NCBI RefSeq assembly: GCF_001194135.2
Contig: NC_068990.1
Coordinates: forward strand, 24,770,387 to 24,834,386
Direction: 5' to 3'
Length of the DNA: 64,000 nt
DNA from: Octopus bimaculoides
Taxonomy: Eukaryota
Position numbers and translations under genes: made by a program. The notes below the pieces were generated by a model. The model did not search any database, had not been told where the DNA came from, and was given only the letters and a program-made list of their open reading frames with translations. Positions 1 through 11,156 of the stretch are shown piece by piece. Each line of letters begins with the position of its first letter. The first letter of the stretch is position 1.

Positions 1-2
1 GG

Positions 3-365
3 ACGAGGGGTGAGGGTAATGACGTCCGGTGGTTGAAGTTTGTATTGTTTAGTGCGAGCAAGAAAGTCATGGAGAAGGTGCCTTAGATGGAAAATAAAAC
101 GTAGGATGGAGTGAGCGACGGAGGGGGTGCAGCAGGAGAGGAAAATGGAGTAAGCAAGAGGCAGAAAGCGGTCAAGGGTGTGTATTTTGGAGAGATTCGA
201 ACGGATGTTGACACGCATGAGGCGGCAGGAAGTGGAACGGAGGATGGTTAAGATGGTAGAAGCAGAATGGGAGGTGGGGTGGAAATGGAGGCGGAAACCA
301 TTGGGAATGATGTTGTGATGAAGGCAGCGACTGAGAAAGGAAATGTGACTGGAGAAATGTGTCTT
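3..365 (-). pseudogene. Penelope-like element (PLE) ORF, N-terminal fragment running off the window edge
   Basis: Stop-free frame of about 121 codons: KTHFSSHISFLSRCLHHNIIPNGFRLHF...HLLHDFLARTKQYKL. It matches the HxxFLxxCxxxxxIPxG(F/L)xL motif I recall from PLE ORF N-termini. An in-frame TAA lies at 368-366, and the ORF track does not list this frame. Confidence 0.62.
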
Positions 366-798
366 TTAGAAAACGAGGAGGAGAAGATTGAAAGAAGATT
401 GAAGGCAGCGGAAGGGAAGTGAGACAGTGGTGTAGGTGGAGGAAGAAGGATTTGTTATTAGGCATATTGGAATGAGGAATAGGAGAGAAAAAAAGATGAA
501 AAAGAAAGAGAACAAATGGCAAAGTTATTAACGCACGAAGTTCAAAAAGTTCAAGTTTCAGAAAGTTTAAAAGTCATGATAGATTAGTGCGATATACATC
601 AACGAAAGTAGCCAATAAGAAAACAGGAAAGATGAGCGTCCAAGAAAAGAGGAAGTTTAGTCAGGCAGGATCGAACTGGGGTAACCGCGCGAGTATATGT
701 AATATATAGTTCAGATTTGCCGAAATCAAAAGACGAAGACAGGTGAACGAAAACAGCAAGCATGTGTATCAGTTTGACGCTCGGGAAGAATGAAAAAG

Positions 799-837
799 TC
801 TTTTGACATTTCGAGCCTACGCTCTTCGACAGAAAGA
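799..837 (-). ncRNA. Degenerate minimal type-I hammerhead ribozyme motif
   Basis: Minus strand reads UCUUU-CUGUCGA-A-GAGC-GUAG-GCUC-GAAA-UGU-C-AAAAGA. Stem II is a perfect 4 bp, the GAAA box is present, stem III is near-palindromic (AUGU, probably from ACGU) and UCUUU/AAAGA can form stem I. The core has U at the normally invariant A6. Confidence 0.55.
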
Positions 838-1149
838 AGTGAGAGGGGAAAAATGGAGAGAGAACATGTGTAGGAGTTAACGGTTTAACATGATGAAATG
901 ACCGGAAGAAAGAGGCTGAGTGAAAGGGAGATAATAATGATGACCCTGCTGAAATAGGGTGCGGAAGCGCATGTGTGTATGTGAGGATGATGTGCGTGAG
1001 TGTGTATGTGTGAATGGGACGAACGCGTCTGAGTATATGTGTGGACGAGCTTAAAATCATGTGGCCGCTTTTTGTGCGTATGGAAGCGTGTGTGTATGTA
1101 TATAAGCAACCTAGACCGCCCCAACTGTCATCATTCTACTCGTACCGAC

Positions 1150-1320
1150 ATACGTTCGTTTAGTCACCTATCAATATCAACACAGTAATTCCACCGAGTT
1201 CGACTTTGCTTTTCATCCTTTCGGGGTCGATAAATTAAGTACCGGTTGCGTAGTGGGGTCGATTTAATCGACTAGCCACTCCCTCCCCCCAAAATGTTGG
1301 GCCTTGTACCTATCGTTGAA
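1150..1320 (+). mobile_element. tRNA-derived SINE, family M (MetaSINE-like core), 5'-decayed
   Basis: Contains aattccaccgagttcgactttgcttttcatcctttcggggtcgataaattaagtaccgg, which matches many other copies in the window. Confidence 0.8.
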
Positions 1321-1843
1321 AAGAATATCAATACAGATAGTAATTGATATACGAAACAGCCAAGAATCGTCGGGAGTCAGAAATGTAGACTTCACCGTAA
1401 TTGTTTTCTCCAAAGTACATACACCAATATTTCTTCAGTTTTCAAGTATTAATACCTACACCATATTGCCTCTTTTTCTTTCTTTTTCCAATCAATACGA
1501 TACCAAATAAGAGATTTTTCTTTCATTTTCCCTGCTCTTTGTATTTCTTCCCTCTTTTTTCCTTTATGGTTTTGTCGAGCAGACGACACAAGTATATTCA
1601 AATGTGTGTTCTCCAAGATGTATTATACGAATGCAACAAATTGTACTGGAGCTTTGATGTTCCTAATCAATAGATTCTTTAAAAAGTCAATAGTATTTTT
1701 GGCTGTACTCTATCACTACCATTTCCAACGTTTCTCAATTAGCTAATAGAAAAAAAAGACGTAAAGAAAACCTAATAAACAGAAGATCCTTTATATGATT
1801 ACTTTTGGGTGTCATTTCTTATATTGTAGATAATTAGCATTAT

Positions 1844-1846
<3 letters not shown>

Positions 1847-1921
<75 letters not shown>

Positions 1922-1934
1922 GATAGACATAGAC

Positions 1935-1985
<51 letters not shown>

Positions 1986-1992
1986 CAGACAA

Positions 1993-2043
<51 letters not shown>

Positions 2044-2185
2044 CAAACATACATACATACATACATAGATAAACATTGATATATAGATATATATAATGTA
2101 TGTTTGTATATATGTATGTGTGCTATGTATGTATGTATGTATGTATGTATGTATGTATGTATCAATGTGTGCATGTACATATATG
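1847..2185. repeat. Compound microsatellite (TA)n-(GA)n-(GACA)n-(GATA)n-(CATA)n-(TATG)n
   Basis: Read directly from the sequence. Confidence 0.97.
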
Positions 2186-2534
2186 TAGATATATTGCCCA
2201 GCGATAGTTTTTCTGTTATATCTGAAGCCGACAGAGACCAATAAAATAACGAATTGTAACCCACACTTAACACTGTCGAAGAGATATCAATAGGTCCAAT
2301 ATCTTTTGCTGGGAAGAATCATTTCCTAAATTATCGACAAAAGTTTCAATGCTGCATGCATTTTGCCCAGGGAGCTACTTAAATATTTTTTTACTTTGCT
2401 GTTTATTGTTTCGCAATCATTTTTTTGTTTTTTCCATTCTTAAAATTGTTCCGGACGATCAGGAAGTTATGTCTATAACTGGAGGCTTTATTTTCCATAA
2501 GCGTGTACATACACAGTTGCTTTTGTGTATATGC

Positions 2535-2574
<40 letters not shown>

Positions 2575-3001
2575 GCATATAAACACACACACATTCATAC
2601 ATACACGCTCACGTATACTCATACACACATACACACACACACTCGGAGTAATACAAAAGGGAACAAGCAGATTACCTCTATATTAATCCAATTATTGATT
2701 ACTGTAATTATTTAGTACTGCAAATTAACTTAGAAGTATCTCTACGTCTGTTTGACTAAGCCGATCACTCAGAAAAATTCTAGGTAATTCAACAGTCTAT
2801 GCAGTTGAATAGCTGTTCGTCAGTCCTGAGTATCCTACACATCCGTGTATGTATCAAATACGTTATCGGTAAGCAAAACCGAGTACATCGTTTGAAACAT
2901 CACTACACGCGTTTCAATGGCTTAGATTAGTTGAAATACGAGTCCATTATATAATTTATTAGATAGCATTACATAAATTTATCTTGTTATATACTCTTTT
3001 A

Positions 3002-3385
3002 CTCGTTTCAGTCATTTGACTGTGGCCATGCTGGAGCACCGCCTTTAGTCAGGCAAATCGACCCCACGACTTATTCTTTGTAAGCCTAGTACTTATTCTA
3101 TCGTTCTCTTTTGCCGAACCGCTAAGCTAAGGGGACGTAAACACACTAGCATCGGTTGTCAAGCGAATTTTTTTTGTTTGGGGGGGGGGGGCAAACACAG
3201 ACCCACAAACATATACACACACACGTACATATATATATACATATATACGACGGGCTTCTTTCAGTTTCCGTTTACCAAATCCACTCACAAGGCTTTGTTC
3301 GGCCCAAGGTGCCACGCAGTGGGACTGAACCCGGAACCATGTGGATCGTAAGCAAGCTACTTACTACACAGCCACTCCTACGACT
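3002..3385 (-). mobile_element. tRNA-derived CORE-like SINE with internal microsatellite (family K)
   Basis: Minus strand has a head with A/B-box-like motifs (gagtggctgtgtagtaag ... ggttcagtccc), a CORE-like gcaccttgggc segment, internal CA/TA repeats and the tail gctccagcatggccacagtcaaatgactgaaac. Confidence 0.85.
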
Positions 3386-3667
3386 ATATATTAACCATTT
3401 CATCAATAATTCAATGCTGACGAATATTTTGGTGAAAATACCATGAATTTAGTGGGGGAAGAGAATAGTTATCACAAACCGAATGCAGCAAGGAAAAAAA
3501 TCGACATAGGTGGGAGATATTATATTTGTTGACCAGTTAGACTGTTCGATTCTGAAGGCAACTAGAGTAAAATACGCTAGTTAGGGTGGCGTGGTAAAAT
3601 GGTCAGCTAAAATTCAAATGTTGAAATGTATAAGCGCGCGCATACATATACGGTTACTTATGTGTAC

Positions 3668-3730
<63 letters not shown>

Positions 3731-3738
3731 CATAGACA

Positions 3739-3775
<37 letters not shown>

Positions 3776-4184
3776 TTACCCAACCCCAACCTACACACAC
3801 ACGGAGTAATACAAAGGGGATCAAACGGATTAACTCTGTATTAATCCACTTATTTATTAGTGCAATTATTTCCTACTGCAAATCAACTTAGAAACAACTC
3901 TACGTCTGTTTGACTTAAAAGATCACCCCACGAAAAATTCTAGGTAATGCAACTGGTCAGTTACCCAGTCCATGGGAAATTGCTGGCATTGTGCCAAAAT
4001 TTGAAACCAATATTTCAGGGAACAAGGAGACTCATTTCTTATTCAATTAACGATTCTGATAGAATCCAATATTTCACGTACGATCTCTTTTGCGTGACCG
4101 CTACATCATGGAGACATTAATAACACTGATTGTCAAGTAGTTGGGGACAAATACACACACACATACATGCACTAACATGTAATA

Positions 4185-4233
<49 letters not shown>

Positions 4234-4254
4234 TGCATATATATGTACAGAGAG

Positions 4255-4420
4255 AGGGAGAGATTCGACGGCTTCCACACAGTTTCCAGCAACCAACTTC
4301 ACTCAGAAGATATTACTTGGTCCGGAGCTAGAATAGAAGATATTTGCCCAAGGTACTGTGCAGTGAGATTGAACCTAAAACTAAGTCGTTGCGAACCGAG
4401 CCCCTTAACTACACAGCCTA
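4255..4420 (-). mobile_element. Family K SINE, 5' half, diverged
   Basis: Similar to 3240-3385 (ttccacacagtttcc ... ttgcccaaggt ... gattgaacc ... cttaactacacagcc). Confidence 0.7.
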
Positions 4421-5329
4421 TACATGAAAGCCCATTTTTATATCTTCTCTCTCTTCCAGCAAGAACACCCTACAGGTATAAAGAGAACAAATTGAATGTC
4501 GGCAATTTCACGCCTTTCACGTTACGAAAATCATATGATTTCTACAGTTTAATTCAAATGAAAAGGCTGTGTCAATTCGCTATACGACATCCTTCATTTT
4601 GTCTTAATTATTAACCTCAATTATTTGACATTTGTCATTATTAAACTAAAGAATTCATATTTGTTGTGATATTTTTATTAGTTCTTTCTTTTCCCTATTT
4701 AATAACAATAAGAAAATCATGGCAAGGAATTTAAATTTTTAAAATAAACACATACGTAATTCGCTTGAAATTGTATTATGTATGTACATATGCCAGCTAA
4801 GGCATAACCCTTCTCTTAAATAATACTTTAAATAGCGTGGTCGGTTGATGTAACATATATTTTGAATGTCATCTCTATAGAAAACGATTACTAACAGCGT
4901 ATATAATAATCTCCTTTCTGTCTATATTCTGATAACAACTCGGTTGTATGTCTATTGTATATTAAAAAAACAGCAGTGGGTTATGTAGCTTGCATTTACA
5001 GTGTAGATGTGGGCTGCAAATGATAATTGATTAATCCAGGTTGCCATATATTCATTACTATGAAGGGCAGAATTTATAATTGTTGCCATGTGCCGTCTGT
5101 TGTTTTTTGTTTTTTTTTTGTTAACAATGGAATAGAATTACTACTTAGCTCTTTCAGTGACGAACTAATGCGAGACTCTCTACACAGTCGATCGTTCTCC
5201 TAGAAATAGCAGCTAACGCAATCAAGACGCTTGATTCTTAATCGTGTGATCTCTAGTTCAATCCCACAGCGTGATATTTTGGCTACGTCTCTTCAAATAT
5301 ATCCCCGGGCAGGTTAAAGCGTGCACGCG

Positions 5330-5520
5330 TGTGTGTTTGTGTTTGCTCCTGCTCAACAACTGGTGCTGGTTTGTTTACGTCATCGTAACTAATGGTTCAG
5401 GGAAAAAAGAGAGCGATAGAAAAGTACCATGCTTTAAAAATAAGTAGTGTTCAATTCGTTCGACAAAATCTATTCAAGGCGGTGCTCCTACATGGCCACT
5501 GTTCATTAACCGGGACAAGT
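5330..5520 (+). mobile_element. Family K SINE, 3' half
   Basis: caactggtgctggtttgtttacgtc ... ttcaaggcggtgctcc..catggcc is the reverse complement of the 3002-3160 tail. Confidence 0.7.
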
Positions 5521-5789
5521 AATATATATATATATATTATATATANNNNNNNNNNNNNNNNNNNNNNNNNNNNNNNNNNNNNNNNNNNNNNNNNNNNNNN
5601 NNNNNNNNNNNNNNNNNNNNNNNNNNNNNNNNNNNNNNNNNNNNNNNNNNNNNNNNNNNNNNNNNNNNNNNNNNNNNNNNNNNNNNNNNNNNNNNNNNNN
5701 NNNNNNNNNNNNNNNNNNNNNNNNNNNNNNNNNNNNNNNNATTATTATCATTATTATTATTATTTATATATACATCTAAACTTACGAAC

Positions 5790-6195
5790 TTAGATAAACT
5801 TAGAAGTTTCGACCAAAGATTGGTCTAGGCCATGTCTAACTTAATAGCACCACCTGATAGGATTATCTAAATCCTTTTAAAGTCAAGTTTTGTGGCATCA
5901 TGGTCCATTCTAGTAGGAAGTTCTTGTTGAATGAGTTGTATCCAGGTAGAGGTGGCTTATCTGGTATTCCTTGAAAAAAAATTGGCCAGATTGCGTTTAA
6001 AGGCAATGGGATCCTTTTCCTTTTTGAACTGTTTCGAGACAATGTTAAATAGGACAGTGCCTGTTGAGGAAAAGAAATTGTGTTGCAGTGTATTTATGCG
6101 TTGTGGTCCTGATTTGGGTAGGGGGCCTATGGCCCGTGGTCCTAGCCTTGGATGAATTTTGAAGCTAATGTTGAGGTCGTTTGGGCAATACTGGT

Positions 6196-6200
<5 letters not shown>
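5790..6200 (-). mobile_element. CR1-type LINE 3' end (ORF2 C-terminus plus 3' UTR)
   Basis: Homologous over about 400 bp to 33835-34250, whose minus strand encodes a CR1-like C-terminus. It shares the 3' UTR motif ggtgctattaagttagacatggcc...ggtcgaaac. Confidence 0.75.
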
Positions 6201-6236
<36 letters not shown>

Positions 6237-6622
6237 AATAACTCCTTATTCAGTGAGATAAGCGGAATATAGTTATAATCCTCTGTGTGCTCTTATCGTA
6301 GACGTGTGTGACATATAAAGAAGCCTACGTTGAATTGTTTATATATCACAAATATTATTACACTTACTCATTTATCAAATATGAGTGTGTGATAGGGTTT
6401 GTGTGTGCGTCAGGGCGCTTGGGTGCGCTGCTGATAACATGTAAGCCAATACCACTTATTGCGCTGGCGGGTATCGGTGATTGAAGTAGCTACCCCACTA
6501 GGTTTACCAGGTGATGCTATTAAGCTAGACATGGCCTGAACCTATACTGGCCGAAACCTATCTAAGTTATTATTATCTAAGAATCAATTGTCTTGTTGTG
6601 GTAGTTTGGGTGGTGCGTACAT

Positions 6623-6986
6623 GTGTTGGCACTCCGTCGCTTACGACGTCGAGAGTTCCAGTTGATCCAATCAACGTAACAGCCTGCTCGTGAAATTAAC
6701 GTGCAAGTGGCTGAGCACTCCACAGACACGTGTACCCTTAACGTAGTTCTCAGAGATATTCAGCGTGACACAGTGTGACAAGGCTGACCCTTTGAATTAC
6801 AGGCACAACAGAAACAGGAGGTAAGAGTGAGAGAAAGTTGTGGTGAAAGAGTACAGCAGGATTCGCCGCCCNNNNNNNNNNNNNNNNNNNNNNNNNNNNN
6901 NNNNAACGCCCGGTCTGAGAATCGAAACCGCGATCCTATGATCACGAGTCCGCTGCCCTAACCAGTGGGCCATTGCGCCTCCACGA
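6623..6986 (-). mobile_element. Young tRNA-derived SINE (family R2) with TSD gtgcgtacat; interrupted by an assembly gap
   Basis: Head ggaggcgcaatggcccactggttagggcagcggactcg...ggtttcgattc and tail ending gacggagtgccaac. The 10-bp direct repeat lies at 6613-6622 and 6987-6996. Confidence 0.9.
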
Positions 6987-7334
6987 GTGCGTACATATAT
7001 GGAAATGAAATACTAGTTTCAGACACGCGGAATGAGTTTATATGCGAAAACAATCACGGTTTTCTGGCTTCCACCAAGTGAGTGTGTTCGTTTTTGAAGT
7101 GTTGCGTAGTAAGTCAAGTTCTTCACAGATTACTAATGTCAGAAACTCCTTAGAACCCAAAACAACGGACCTCTCACTGAGTCATGAAGGGAGCGGGTAT
7201 CACGCATTTGCGACTAGAAAAACTGCCACTTGCGTGACCTCGGGCACACGGAAGGTGCAGTATATAGGCAGAAGCAGTCGTGATGTAAGCAATTGAATAC
7301 CAGTAGCTTTTAAATATTGGTTGCAAACTTTTTG

Positions 7335-8195
7335 CACAAGGCCAGTAGTTTTGAGGGAGGAAGCCAAGTCGATTAAATCGACCCCAATGCTCAACTGGTA
7401 CTTATTTTATCGACTCCGAAAGGATGAAAGGGTAAGTCGACCTCGGCAGAATTTGAACTCAGAATGTACAGACAGACGAAATGCTGCTAAGTATATAGCA
7501 TGGCGTACAAAAGAATCTGCTAGTTCCCTGCCTTGCAGGTAATAAATATTCTTTTCTACTCTAGGCACAAGGCCCGAAATTTTGGAGGAGAGGGCCAGTC
7601 GATTAGATCGACCTCAGTACGCAACTGGTAATTAATTTATCGACCCCCAAAAGGATGAAAGACAAAATCGACCTTGGGGGAATTTGAACTCAGAACGTTA
7701 AGACAGACGAAATACCGCTGAGCATTTCGCCCGGCATGCTAACGTTTCTTATTTCTTTACTGACCACAAGGGGCTACACGTAGAGGGGACAAACAAGGAC
7801 AGACAAACGGATTAAGCCGATTATATAGACCCCAGTGCGTAACTGGTACTTATTTAATCGACCTCGAAAGGATGAAAGGCAAAATCGACCTTGGCGGAAT
7901 TTGAACTCAGAACGTTAAGACAGACGAAATACTGCTAAGCATTTCGCCCGCATGCTAACGTTTCTGCCAGCTCGCCACCTTTTTAAAATATATTCTTTCT
8001 GCTCTAGGTACAAGGCTCGATATTTCTGTGGGAGGGGCCAGTCGATTGGATCGACTCCAGTCCGCAACTGGTACTTTATTTATCGACCCCGAAAGAATGA
8101 AAAGCAAAATCGACCTTGGCGGAATTTGAACTCAGAACGTTAAGACAGACGAAATACCGCTAAGCATTTTGCCCGGCGTGCTAACGTTTCTGCAA
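7335..8195 (-). mobile_element. Head-to-tail array of four family M SINE copies
   Basis: The unit ...gtcgatt.gatcgac.ccagt.cgcaactggtac...cgaaaggatgaaa...gaatttgaactcagaacg...gctaacgtttct recurs at about 7335, 7555, 7750 and 7995. The minus strand carries A-box (tggcagaaacgttag) and B-box (gagttcaaattcc) motifs. Confidence 0.92.
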
Positions 8196-8612
8196 ATCTC
8201 TCAATATATTTTTGTATTCTATAAATGAAAGTAGACCATATTAGAAACAGTAAAATTCCAACCGTCTTGTGAATTCTTTTAGATCGAAATATTTCGTGGG
8301 AGTTTGTTTTCAGACCTTCAAGAACCATTTGTATCTATATAGAGATATATTGTTCTCGTTAACCTTCAAGACAGTAAGCGTTTAATGCCGAATGAGGTCT
8401 CAATAAATCAGATCTATTATCTAAAAACGAATTTTAAAAAAATGACACTTTACAATCTCGAAATTGAATCACTAAACAGGAAACATATCTGTAGCATTGT
8501 CCAAATATTGTTCTTGAGAGACAATTTATGACTGACATAAAGATAAGCATATTTCTATTTATCTTATTCTGTTATCATTTTTATTATTATATTTTCTTTT
8601 ATTGTTTTATTT

Positions 8613-8663
8613 ATGGTGGTGGAGGTGGTGGTGGTGGTGGTGGCAGTGGCGGTGGTAGTGGTC

Positions 8664-8708
<45 letters not shown>

Positions 8709-8736
8709 ATGGTGGTGATGGTGGTGGTAGTAGTAT

Positions 8737-8768
<32 letters not shown>

Positions 8769-8799
8769 ATGGTGGTAGTAGTAGTAGTAGTAGTAGTAA

Positions 8800-8858
<59 letters not shown>

Positions 8859-8894
8859 ATGGTGGTGGTAGTAGTGGTAGTAGTAGTAGTAGTG

Positions 8895-8948
<54 letters not shown>

Positions 8949-9036
8949 ATGGTAGTAGTAGTAATAGTAGTAGTAGTAGTGGTAGTGGTGGTAGTAGTAG
9001 TGGTGGTAGTAGTAATGGTGGTAGTAGTAGTAGTAA

Positions 9037-9088
<52 letters not shown>
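8613..9088. repeat. Imperfect trinucleotide repeat (GTA)n/(GTG)n, about 475 bp
   Basis: Read directly. It produces the spurious poly-S/G and poly-V ORFs. Confidence 0.97.
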
Positions 9089-9229
9089 CAGTAGAATGTT
9101 ACGAAGACGATCTAAAGGCCAAGAATTTCATGCCAGGCACTAAAAAGCGCTCAGCATTTTGAATCACTTTTGTAACTTTCTGGTGATTAAAAGTGAAATA
9201 ATATCAGCGTGGATGTGTGCACGCGCGCG

Positions 9230-9546
<317 letters not shown>

Positions 9547-9934
9547 ACACTTATACTCACACACACACATTCTTTAAAAAATGAATTAGAATGACTTTTC
9601 TCGTAGTTACTTTCCCACTTTAATGGTTAGATATTTACAAACTGTATCATGACTCTGCTTTACTTCCAGTGGCGTGTGTTTGTGTGTGCATGCGTGAATA
9701 AAAAGGGTCTCTGATTCGGGACTTAGTTCCTTGCTTAAAAGCTATTTTGAAACTTTCAAAATTTCTTTTAAGCAAGAAACTAAGTCACATAATAACGGAG
9801 TCACGATACGATTTGTAAACATCTAACTAATAAAATGGGAAAGAAATTTCAGAAGATACATTTTCATTCATTTTTTTCAGATATATAGCACCAAGAACCT
9901 CCTAGTTCTACTACGACTATAAATATGTGTAGAA

Positions 9935-10040
9935 AGAAGAAGAAGAAGAAGAAGAAGAAGAAGAAGAAGAAGAAGAAGAAGAAGAAGAAGAAGAAGAAGA
10001 AGAAGAAGAAGAAGAAGAAGAAGAAGAAGAAGAAGAAGAA
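9935..10040. repeat. Perfect (GAA)n tract, about 35 units
   Basis: Read directly from the sequence. Confidence 0.97.
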
Positions 10041-10351
10041 TGCAGGAGTGGTATGACAGTAGTAGGATGTTGGTGGAATCCTCTTAAATGATCAAGTGAC
10101 CTAAAAGTGACCCGTTGTGGTTGTAGTAGTAGTGATTGGAATTGCTCTGAATAAATTCATGGGTAGTGACTGTTATGAATATAACCTTTTTTAATATTTG
10201 TGTGGGTATTATTCTAAGGCCCTTTGTGATATATATATACCTGGTCTTTCCTCTTAATTTTGTATGTAATATAATTTAAATCTTCGGATTTTTTTAAATA
10301 TGCTAGACCACTGGTTTTAATTAATTAATATCAATTTCTACCCTTATTATC

Positions 10352-10438
<87 letters not shown>

Positions 10439-11038
10439 TTTTCCTATTCGTTCGCCTAAACTTACACATATGAGTACAAATATCTGACACAGTCTACATT
10501 CCCATAAGACTTTATTCCCTTTAATAGATGTCGGTTATATTTCATACGAATATTTAGGACATGCATGTATGCATGTATAAGGGACAAAATGGTTCCGTGT
10601 TTAAAGTCACAGTATGAAAATTAGAGATATTATTATTCCAGGGTACTAGATTCTTTGTATATACTTTTAAATTATGTAAATTTATGGATCTTAAAGGCAA
10701 ATTATTTATAACATTAATGTGTATTATCCAGAGTAAATATTGTCTTTCGTTGGTTTAACAATGTATCTGTGATTTAAGGACACATTTCATGCTTCCTTGC
10801 ATTGCAGAAAGGTAATATTTAATATTTAATATAATACATTTATTAGTTACTGATATCAAAATCAAAATCTTATCTACACTGTATACAAAGTGTATTTACA
10901 GTGTCTAAAAGTTTTATCTAATGCATGAAATCAACGTCTTATAGGTAACAATAAACCATTTACTTTTTCCGATAACTCTCTCTTTCTCTGTCTTTAGCTC
11001 TCTCTCTCACTCACTCACACACACACACTCTCTCTCTA

Positions 11039-11079
<41 letters not shown>

Positions 11080-11107
11080 NNNNNNNNNNNNNNNNNNNNN
11101 NNNNCTC

Positions 11108-11156
<49 letters not shown>

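Larger units (their letters stand above)
1..960 (-). mobile_element. Penelope-like retroelement 5' part (pseudo-LTR region with hammerhead motif plus ORF start)
   Basis: Strong C/T skew on the minus strand, a hammerhead-like motif at 799-837 upstream of a PLE-like ORF start, and termination in a TG/TA microsatellite near 965. Confidence 0.6.

Noticed and set aside
172-522. 116-aa P/F/H/S-rich ORF in the track
   Set aside because: It is an alternative frame of the pyrimidine-rich PLE strand. The recognisable motif lies in a different frame (365 to 3).
1812-2273. The many YI/HT/CV/LS/RE-repeat ORFs and X-filled ORFs across the track (also at 27237-27940, 57554-58726, 60005-62280)
   Set aside because: They are translations of di- and tetranucleotide microsatellites or of N gaps.
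7335-8195. Regularly spaced repeats superficially resembling a CRISPR array
   Set aside because: The units are ~200-bp SINE copies without unique spacers, there are no cas genes, and the context is eukaryotic.
8528-9143. 188-aa Gly/Ser-rich and 176-aa poly-Val ORFs
   Set aside because: Both are readings of an imperfect (GTA/GTG)n microsatellite, which is stop-free in two frames by composition. There is no splice or codon evidence.
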